From Sminthopsis crassicaudata (taxonomy: Eukaryota): a stretch of 64,000 nucleotides of DNA. The stretch spans positions 649,428,558 to 649,492,557 of the forward strand of contig NC_133619.1 of the NCBI RefSeq assembly GCF_048593235.1. Reading direction: 5' to 3'. Below, in pieces: positions 22,736-32,122 of this stretch (within the stretch, counting starts at the first letter, position 1; every line of letters starts with the position of its first letter). The notes under the pieces are model-generated. The model was not told the origin of the DNA. It did not search any database and was given only the letters and a program-made list of their open reading frames with translations. The position numbers and the translations under genes are program-made.

Positions 22736-25700
22736 TCAGGACTCCTTGGCCCCGGCGGCGGCGGCGGCTCCCAGCCTCTCAGCCTTGTGGATCAGACGGT
22801 GCTTCTTAAGGCCATACGTGTTGGAGAAGCCCTCCCCGCAGGCCGAGCAGCGGAAGGGCCGGCCGCCCTGGTGGGCGGCCAGGTGCTTGCGGAAGTAGCC
22901 GGGGTCCTTGAAGACCTTGAGGCAGGCTGGGCAGCGCAGCTCGGGCCGCGCGGGCTCGTGGGCCCGCTGGTGCCGCAGCACCGAGCTCAGGTAGAAGAAG
23001 GCCTTGCCACAGTGCTCGCAGCGGTAGGCTCGCTCGCCCAGGTGCAGCCGCTGGTGCTCCAGCAGGTTGGAGCGATAGCGGAAGGTCTTGCCACAGGCAC
23101 CGCAGCGCTGGGGCCGGGCCACGGCGTGCAGGCGGCGGTGCTCGGCCAGACTGGAGGACTGGGCGAAACGTTTGGCGCACACGGCGCACTTGAAGGCGCG
23201 CTCGCCCGTGTGCACCACGCGGTGCTGCCGCAGATACCAGGAGCGCAGGAAGCCTCGCCCGCAGACGCCGCAGCGGTAGGGCCGCTGCTCCGTGTGGCAG
23301 CGCTGGTGGCGCATCAGCAGTGCCGCCTCCCAGAAGCGCTTGCCGCACACGGGGCAGCGGAAGCCACGCTTCTGGCGGTGGCTGCGGCGGTGCAGGAGCA
23401 GGTCGTAGGCGCCGGCGAAGCTCTGGCCACACAGGCCGCAGCCCAGCGTCCGCCGCACCAGGTGCACGTACTTGTGGGTCACCAGCCCCAGGAAGTGCTT
23501 GAAGCTCTGGCCGCAAGTGGCACAGCTGAAGCGCTCGGGGCCCCCGGGGCTGGGCCCGGCCCCCGCCCCGACGCCCGTCCCTGACTCTTCCCCCGCGGCC
23601 CCGGCGGCCAAGGCCGCCACGGCCGCCCCCACCTCCCCGGCCAGCCCGTTGTCCAGGCCGGCGGCCGGGGTGTCGGGGCCGGGCCCGTCAGGGGCCGGGG
23701 GTGGCAGGAGACGCTCCGGGGCCGCCTGGTGGACCAGCTTGTGCCACATGAGGTTCTCGATGAAGCCGAAAGCCTTGCCGCAGGCATCGCAACCGTAAGG
23801 CTTCTCGGCCATATGCGCCTCCTTGTGGCTCATGACGTGGAAGAGGTCGGGGAAGTGCTCGCCGCAGTCTGAACAAGCGTAGCTGAGGCCCTCAGGGGGG
23901 GCGGCGCCGGCGGCAGCAGAGGCCTGGCCGGCCCCAGGACCCGTGGCCGGGGCCAGGCCGGCGGGGGCGGCCAGCGCGCAGGGTAGCTGCAGGCGGTGCA
24001 CCTGGCGGTGGCGCGTGAGGCTCTGCGGGTAGCCAAAGACCTTGCCGCAGAGCTCGCACTTGTAGGGCCGTTCTCTCGTGTGCACCACGTGGTGCTTGCT
24101 CAAGTGGAAGGACTCCCGGAAGCGCTTCCCGCACACAGGACACTGGTGGGGCTTCTCCCCCGTGTGGATCCGCTCGTGGCGCTTCAGCGTCTCCCGGCGC
24201 CCGAAGCCCCGGCCACAGATCCCGCAGCAGAAGGTTTTGCCTGGAGCGGGGCCCCCCGGCCCCACGGCACCCGCGCCCCCACCTCCCGCGGGGCCTCCCG
24301 CACCCCCCAACAGCAGCGGGTGGGCCCCCAGCAGCGGCACTGACACGGCCCCATATACCACAGCCGCAGCCGCCGCCGCTGCCGCGGCCGCCTTCTCTCC
24401 ACTGTCGCCCGGCGGGTCTGGGGGCAGGAGATAGGGCCCAGGGGGAAAGGTGGGGGGCGGGGCCGGAGTTGTTCCGTCCTTGGGGACCTCGGGGGCCGCG
24501 GCGGCTGCAGCGCCGTGGGCCGCCTTGTGGCGCAGCAGGCTTTGTGGGGCAGAGTAGGACTTGCCACACAGGTCGCAGGGATACTCAGGCCGGGGCACTG
24601 GGGCGCCGGCGGCAGCCGCATGGGCCGCCTGGTGCTTGAGGAGGTAAGCGGCGTCACGGAAGGCCTTCCCGCACACGCCGCAGGGCAGCCGCAGCAGGTC
24701 CGCCGAGTGCGTCTTCACGTGGCGCTTGAGGCTCTCGCGGCGGTTAAAGCTCTTGTTGCACACGGTGCAGGAGAAGGGTTTCTCCCCTGTGTGGATGATC
24801 TGGTGCTGGTGGAGGTGGCTGGGCTTCTTGAAGACTTTCCAGCACAGGGGGCAGGTGAAAGGGCCCTCGCCACCAGCGCCCGGAGCCCCCGGGGCCACTC
24901 CGGGAGGAGGGGGCCCGCTGTCCACGCCGGTGGAGGAGGCGGGGGCCAGGGGGGGCAGCGGCGGCGGCGGCGGAGCCTGCGGGGTCCCAGGCAGCGGCGG
25001 CGCGTCCTTATGGCAGCGGCGGTGGCGGATGAGGCTGGAGACGTGGTTGTAAGTCCGCCCACAGACGCCGCACTCGTAGGGCCGCTCCCCGGAGTGCACG
25101 AGCATGTGCTGCACCAGGTGCGAGGACTGCTTGAAGGACTTCTGGCAGACCCCGCAAGGGAAGCGCCTCTCCATCAGGTACTTCAGCCGGCGGAAGTAGC
25201 CCTTGTCGTCCTTGGCGCCCGCGCCCAGCTCCCCGCTTCCGGGAGCCCCCGGGGCCCCGGGCTGGGGCTGGGCAGGGGCCCCGGCGTGGCTGGCCCAGCC
25301 CCGGGCCCACCCGCCGTCCCGGGCCGCTTAAGGTTCCCAAAAAGGTGCTGGTGCCCAGAGAGGTCCACGATCCCCATTGTGGAGCGGGAAAGGCAGCATC
25401 GAAAAGGGGTGGGGGCGGAGGCGGGGGCGCCCCGAAGCCTGGGGGCAGAGCCGGCTCGGGCTTCTTGGCTGGGACGTGGAGGATGAGGACGACGAAGAGG
25501 ACGAGGAAGAGGAGGACGAGACGAAGACGAGGAGGACGACGAGGAGGGCGTCTCGGCTTTGGGCTTGAAGGCCGGTGGCGGTGGCGGGTAGTCGTACTGG
25601 GGTGGCGGGGGCTGGGGGGGGGCCTGGGGAGGCGGCCCTGGAGGGCAGGGCAGGGCCGCCACGGCTTTGGCGTGCTCACCGTACAGCTCCATGGGTTCGA

Positions 25701-25812
25701 AGCGCTGATGGTTGAGGAACTCCAGAAAGTCAAAGGGATAACTCTGGAAGTGGACGCCGTCCTCGCCCCCTACGCCGCTCCCGCCCCCGCCGCCGCCAGG
25801 GTTCGCCTCCAT
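22736..25812 (-). CDS. ZNF865: Zinc finger protein 865 (about 1026 aa once four 1-bp deletions are corrected)
   Basis: Starts MEANP..EDGVHFQSYPFDFLEFLNHQRFEPMELY at ATG 25812, then poly-Ser, WGIVDLSGHQHLFGNLKR and KDDKGYFRRLKYLMERRFPC. An intact 812-aa multi-C2H2 ORF (22736-25174) is near-identical to recalled human ZNF865. The N-terminal part is split across frames by indels at about 25520, 25469, 25373 and 25250. Confidence 0.95.
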
Positions 25813-26553
25813 TGCGGGCAGCGGGGAGAGCAGTCCTCTCTGTGACAGGGAGAAGGGAGTCAAGTGAGGCCCCGGGACCCAGCCCCGACAAACCCTCCTG
25901 GCTGGCCTCTGGGGCCCCGCCCCAGCCCGCTCCTCTGGGCCTTACCCTCAGCCTCCTCCTCAGTCTCCCTTCCTCGGTCTTACCCTGTCAGTCTCACCCC
26001 AAGTCTGCTCCATTCCCCGCTCAGGCCCTCCCGAGTCTCTTCTCAGCTTCTCCCTTATCTCCATTGCTGGGGGGCAGCGAGGGGGGGCTCTCCCTGGAAG
26101 GGACACAGAGAAGCTAAGTAAAGACTCCTCCCTAATCCCACCATCCTCTGGGGCCTCAGGGCCCAGACACCCCCCTCCAGATCCCCGAGTCTCCCTTCAG
26201 TCCTTCTCTTCTGGCTCCCAGAAGAGGAGTAAAATGAGGGCAGCAAATGGCCCCTGATTTAGGCGGGGGGTAAATGGAGAAAACCAGTCTCAGGGACCAC
26301 CCTCTGTCTGCTCCCTTCTCCTCATCCCCACCCCCAGGCCTCAACCATCCATCTGGGGAAGTCCCCCCCCCCAAGCCCCAACCCAGTAAAAGGCTTCAGG
26401 CTTCCCATGGTCTCCCCACCCTCCTGCTGGGAGCAGAAGGCCTGGGCTGCGGATCCTGGAGCTACTCAAGAGCCCGGAAGGGCTAGAACCCCTGGGTGGA
26501 TCCAGACTTGCCTCAATTTTCCCATCTGTACAATGGGTTGAAAGTAAGGCTAG

Positions 26554-26693
26554 AGGGGCAGCTAGGTGGCGCAGTGGATAGAGCACCAGCCTTGAATTCA
26601 GGAGGACCTGAGTTCAAATCTGGTCTCAGACACTTAACACTTCCTAGCTGTGTGACCCTGGGCAAGTCACTTAACCCCAGCCTCAGAAAAAAG
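26554..26693 (+). mobile_element. Young WSINE1-like core-SINE with target-site duplication
   Basis: Near-consensus ggggcagctaggtggcgcagtggatagagcacc..aaccccagcctcag and A-tail; flanked by aaagtaaggctag (26541-26553) and aaagaaaggctag (26695-26707). Confidence 0.92.
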
Positions 26694-26824
26694 GAAAGAA
26701 AGGCTAGGGGGAAGATAAGGGATCTCCTGGAGACAATGGCCATTTCAAAGCAATCCCTACTTGAAAATGATCTCCAAGTCCCTTCTAAGCCTGGGATACT
26801 CTAGGGATGCTGTTAGTCTGGGGT

Positions 26825-27990
26825 GGATCTCCAAGCATGAAGACCTTCCTCCTCCTCTAGGGGAGCACTGAGATCTTCCTCTTCCTCTCTAAGGGAGGAT
26901 CTCCAAGCACTGAGACCTTCCTCCTCCTCTAGGGGAGCACTGAGACCTTCCTCCTTCTCTGTAAGGGAGGATCTCCAAGCACTGAGACCTTCCTCCTCCT
27001 CTAGGGGAGCATTGAGACCTTCCTCCTCCTCTAGGGGAGCACTGAGACCTTCCTCCTCCTCTAGGGGAGCACTGAGACCTTCCTCCTCCTCTAGGGGAGC
27101 ACTGAGACCTTCCTCCTCCTCTAGGGGAGCACTGAGACCTTCCTCCTCCTCTCTAGGGGAGCATAGAGACCTTCCTCTTCCTCTCTAAGGGAGGATCTCC
27201 AAGCACTGAGACCTTCCTCCTCCTCTCTAGGGGAGCATTGAGACCTTCCTCCTCCTCTGTAAGGGAGGATCTCCAAGCACTGAGACCTTCCTCCTCCTCT
27301 AGGGGAGGATCTCCAAGCGCTGAGACCTTCCTCCTCCTCTCTAGTGGAGCATTGAGACCTTCCTCCTCCTCTGTAAGGGAGGATCTCCAAGCGCCGAGAC
27401 CTCCCTCCCCCTCCCCTCTAGGGGAGGATCTCCAAGCACTGAGACCTCCCTCCCCCTCCCCTCTAGGGGAGCACTGAGACCTTCTTCCTCTCTAAGGGAG
27501 GATCTCCAAGCGCCGAGACCTCCCTCCCCCTCCCCTCTAGGGGAGGATCTCCAAGCACTGAGACCTCCCTCCCCCTCCCCTCTAGGGGAGCACTGAGACC
27601 TTCTTCCTCTCTAAGGGAGGATCTCCAAGCACTGAGACCTCCCTCCCCCTCCCCTCTAGGGGAGCACTGAGACCTTCCTCCTCCTCTAGGGGAGGATCTC
27701 CAAGCACTGAGACCTCCCTCCCCCTCCCCTCTAGGGGAGCACTGAGACCTTCTTCCTCTCTAAGGGAGGATCTCCAAGCACTGAGACCTCCCTCCCCCTC
27801 CCCTCTAGGGGAGGATCTCCAAGCGCCGAGACCTCCCTCCCCCTCCCCTCTAGGGGAGGATCTCCAAGCATGGAGACCTTCCTCCTCCTCTCTAGGGGAG
27901 CACTGAGACCTTCCTCCTCCTCTAGGGGAGGATCTCCAAGCACTGAGACCTCCCTCCCCCTCCCCTCTAGGGGAGGATCTCCAAGCGCAT
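26825..27990. repeat. Compound 30/41-bp minisatellite in ZNF865 intron 1
   Basis: Units ctctaggggagcactgagaccttcctcctc (30 bp) and ctctaagggaggatctccaagcactgagaccttcctcctc (about 41 bp), with ctccctccccctccc variants toward the right. Confidence 0.95.
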
Positions 27991-28461
27991 TTCCCTGCAG
28001 GGGAGGATCTCTTCCCAGAGCCTCCCAGACAGTCCCACCCCCACCCCACCCCAGGACCCAGGGGCCGGTCTGCAGGGGAGAGTCCCGGAACACCCCTCCC
28101 CGCCCCACACCCTCGGCGCCCGGGGGACTCCGGGAGGGCTCTCCAAGCGCCCTCCGCTCCGGTCCCGGGGCAGCAGCGGCCGGCGGCTCTCTAAGCGCGC
28201 TCAAGGCAGAGCAAGGATCTCTAAGCGCCGTCCGAGCCTGGAGGGAGGGGCGGCGACCCTCTAGGAGCCCTCCCGGTACGGGGTGGACCTCCCCGTGCCC
28301 CCTACCCGAGTGCCCGTAGACCCTGGATCCTGGCGGGGATCTCCCAGCGCGCCCCCGCAGGCGGGAGGATCCCCCAGCCCTCTTCCGGCCGGGGGAACTG
28401 CAGGCGCCGGGCCGGACAGGGGGCGGCTCCCGGACACCCCCGGGCCTCGCATGTCACTCAC

Positions 28462-28900
28462 CTGGGCCGGGGCCAGGGGCAGACCGGGGGGCGGGCGGGC
28501 GGAGGAGGTGCCGCAGCTCCGGGGAGACCCGAAGGCCCGACCGGAAGTGCCGCCCCCCGCCCCGCGGCCCCCGCCCCCTCCCGCGTCGATCGCCGGGCCG
28601 GCCACCGGAAGCGGAAGTAACGTAAGGACTCCGGCTGGAAGCGGGGAGAAGAGGAGGTCGCTGGCGTGGAGAGGGGAGGGAGGGTGAAGAGCGGAAGAGA
28701 CCGAGCCTGCGCACTGCGAACGGAGCGAAGGGTCGTGTGCAAGGAGCCTCCGCCTGCGCACTGGGAGAGCAGAGGGAAGGCGGGGGGAGGAGCGGAAAAA
28801 GCTGCGCGTGCGCAAAGTGTAGAGCTTCCGAGCTTGGGGAGTGAAGGCAGGGGGAACCGGAGAGAAGAGGCGTGCCTTCTGCGCGGAGCCTCCACCTGCA
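28462..28900 (-). promoter_or_regulatory. ZNF865 non-coding exon 1 and CpG-island promoter
   Basis: Minus-strand donor ccag|gtgagt at 28462/28461; ETS motifs ccggaagtg (about 28551) and ccggaagcggaagt (about 28605); NRF1-like tgcgca motifs (28708-28812); GC boxes. Confidence 0.7.
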
Positions 28901-31302
28901 CCTGCGCACTAGGGCTAGCTTCTGCCTCTTCCCTTGGTCCCGCCCTCTAAGCCCCTCTCCTCGATCCCATCCCCTTGATCTGTCACCCTCACCCTTCTCT
29001 CTCCTCCCCCCGTGGCTTCCTTCTTATCTCAACTCCTCCTTTCAGGCCCCTGTCCTAGCTCCTTTGAATTCTGCCCCCTTATTTCCCACTCTTCCTTTCA
29101 ACCCCAAACCTGCCCTCCCCTCCCCTAAGTCCCACCCCTTCTCTAAGCCACGCCTCCGTCCTTCCTCCTCAGACCAGCCCCGGCTTCATAGACTCCACCC
29201 CAGAACCGCCTCCTCTCTAATCCCGCCTCTCATGCCCCTCCCCGTGGTCCCGCCCTCTCAGTGACTCCCACTTTCTCAGCTCCTCATCTGCCTTTCTCCA
29301 TCCCTCCCGGGGTGGAGGCCTCTAGGGGGCGCCATGAGCATAGAGCTTTGTGCCCGAAGTCTGAAGTTCCAGTGCATCCTGGGACACTTCTAGCAGCGTG
29401 ATCTGGGGCGAGCTGTGTGCCTCAGTTTCCTCATCTGGGAAATGGAGCTCCTGAGTTGTGAGGATCACATGACATAATTTAGCATAGCCTTTAGCACAAA
29501 GCCGGCCTTCTGCTGAGCTGCGAATGGGTCAGGAAGATACCAGTGGAGCTCAAATGCTGTTCCAGACACTTCCTGTGTTCTCGGCTGGCTCCGGTTTCCT
29601 CATATATAAAATGTGCTAGAGAAGTAAATGGCCGATCTCTCCGTATCTGTGCCAAGAAAGCCCAAATGGGGTCACGTAGAGTCAGGCAGAGAGTGCCATG
29701 TTAATGCCCGCAGCTCTGCTTATAGGTTGTCTCCCAGGCCCAGCTCTGGGTTTGAAGAATGAACTCTCCCTTCCTCCCATGGGCGGGGGTGTGTGTGATA
29801 AGATAGGAGGCCTCTTGGGTACAGATAAGAAAGAAGCTTGTTCATTCTGTGCCTACCTGGTGCCAGGCACTGTGCTAAGCTCTGGAGAGACAGAGGACAG
29901 CTCCTATCCTCCACGAGCTCACAATATGATGGAGAAAACAAGTAAAGGTATACAATCAAGTTAAAAACAGAATACATAGAAAGGACTTAAGGGAGGAAGG
30001 CCCTGGATTTAAGGGAGAAGACTTCCCGTAGAAGATGAGATTTTAGTTGGGACTTAAAGGAAGCCAGGTAGATCAGTAGTCAGAGTAGAGGAAGGAGCGC
30101 ATGCCAGGCCGGTGGAGTCAGAGATCATGCCCAGAGCTGAAATGGTGGTGGAGGAGGTACGGTGGTTCTTCATGGATCAGCCAAGAGGCCTGTGTCACTG
30201 GGATCCAAGGAAGAGACTAAAGTCTAAAGAGATCGGTAAAAGTGATTGAAGGTTATAGAGGGCTTTGAAGTCCAAACAGAGCATTAGGTATTTGGTAATG
30301 GAAGTAATAGGAACCCACTGGATTTTATTGAGTGGGAGACATGATCAGACGTGTCTGTGCTTTAGAAAAATCACTTTAATGACTAAATGAAGGATGGACT
30401 GGAATGGGGAGAGAATCAAGAAGGGAAGGTCTGCCAGTAGCTATTGCAGTTGTCCAGGTGAGGTGAAGAAGGTTTCTGCCAGGACGGAGGCAGTATCAGA
30501 GAAAAAAAGGGAACATGCTGGGAAATATTGCAGAGGTTAAACTGACAAGACTTTAGCCCCTTTTTGTGGGAGTTAAGGATGATGTCTAAGTTGGAAGCCA
30601 GAGAGACTGGGAGGATAGAGAGGTGGAGGATTAGAAGGAAAGATAATGAATTCTGTTTTGGACATGTTTAGTTTATGATGTCTGAAACTATTTCCACTCA
30701 TATGAAAGAGTGTTCCAAATCACTACTGATCAGAGAAATGCAAATTAATACAACTCTGAGATACCACTACACACCTGTCAGATTGGCTAAGATGACTGGA
30801 ACAAATAACGATGAATGTTGGAGGGGATGTGGGGAAACTGGGACACTGATGCATTGTTGGTGGAGTTGTGAAAGAATCCAACCATTCTGGAGAGCAATCT
30901 GGAATTATGCCCAAAAAGTTATCAAAATGTGCATACCCTTTGATCCAGCAGTGCTACTACTGGGCTTATATCCCAGAGAAATATTAAAGAGCTGAAAGGG
31001 ACCTGTGTGTACCAAAATGTTTGTGGCAGCTCTTTTTGTAGTGGCTAGAAACTGGAAGATAAATGGATGTCCATCACTTGGAGATTGGTTGGGCAAATTG
31101 TGGTATATGAAGGGTATGGAATATTATTGCTCTGTAAGAAATGACCAGCAGGAGGAATACAGAGAGGCTTGGAGAGACTTACATCAACTGATACTAAGTG
31201 AAACATGCAGAACCTGAAGATCACTATACACTTCAACAACAATACTGTATGAGGATATATTCTGATGGAAGTGGATATCTTCAACATAGAGAAGATCTAA
31301 TC

Positions 31303-32122
31303 TGTTAGGATTACTAGGTGAGAACTCAGGTTGTCTGGACAGTGACAAGGTGAGAATTCACCTAGTAATCCTAACATCTCAACCTGAATTCTCACCTTGT
31401 CACTGTCCAGACAACCTGAGTTCTCACCTAGTAATCCTAACATCAACACGGGAAACCTCACCCGGCCCAGACACGGAAAGGNNNNNNNNNNNNNNNNNNN
31501 NNNNNNNNNNNNNNNNNNNNNNNNNNNNNNNNNNNNNNNNNNNNNNNNNNNNNNNNNNNNNNNNNNNNNNNNNNNNNNNNNNNNNNNNNNNNNNNNNNNN
31601 NNNNNNNNNNNNNNNNNNNNNNNNNNNNNNNNNNNNNNNNNNNNNNNNNNNNNNNNNNNNNNNNNNNNNNNNNNNNNNNNNNNNNNNNNNNNNNNNNNNN
31701 NNNNNNNNNNNNNNNNNNNNNNNNNNNNNNNNNNNNNNNNNNNNNNNNNNNNNNNNNNNNNNNNNNNNNNNNNNNNNNNNNNNNNNNNNNNNNNNNNNNN
31801 NNNNNNNNNNNNNNNNNNNNNNNNNNNNNNNNNNNNNNNNNNNNNNNNNNNNNNNNNNNNNNNNNNNNNNNNNNNNNNNNNNNNNNNNNNNNNNNNNNNN
31901 NNNNNNNNNNNNNNNNNNNNNNNNNNNNNNNNNNNNNNNNNNNNNNNNNNNNNNNNNNNNNNNNNNNNNNNNNNNNNNNNNNNNNNNNNNNNNNNNNNNN
32001 NNNNNNNNNNNNNNNNNNNNNNNNNNNNNNNNNNNNNNNNNNNNNNNNNNNNNNNNNNNNNNNNNNTAGGTGAGAACTCAGGTTGTCCAGACAACCTGAG
32101 TTCTCACCTAGTAATCCTAACA
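31303..32122. mobile_element. TG...CA-terminated, inverted-ended LTR-derived chimeric insertion with 6-bp TSD
   Basis: TSD ctaatc at 31297-31302 and 32123-32128, with the L1 3' UTR continuing across it. Left end tgttaggattactaggtgagaactcaggttgtc; right end its reverse complement. 31303-31360 is perfectly inverted at 31385-31442. Centre is a gap (31482-32066). Confidence 0.75.
31443..31481 (+). rRNA. 18S rRNA fragment (non-functional, captured in the insertion; runs into the gap)
   Basis: tcaacacgggaaacctcacccggcccagacacggaaagg is 37/39 identical to recalled human 18S (tcaacacgggaaacctcacccggcccggacacggacagg), starting at about human U1248. Confidence 0.85.

Noticed and set aside
22247-25486. 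Long plus-strand ORFs (445 aa, 323 aa) and alternative-frame ORFs over ZNF865
   Set aside because: Expected shadow ORFs of a very high-GC3 zinc-finger CDS.
26989-28204. Minus-strand ORFs of 89-157 aa in the ZNF865 intron repeat
   Set aside because: Repetitive translations of the minisatellite with no evidence of coding constraint.
31443-31481. Functional rDNA locus
   Set aside because: Only 39 nt visible (at most about 620 with the gap), embedded in a transposon, with no ETS/ITS context.
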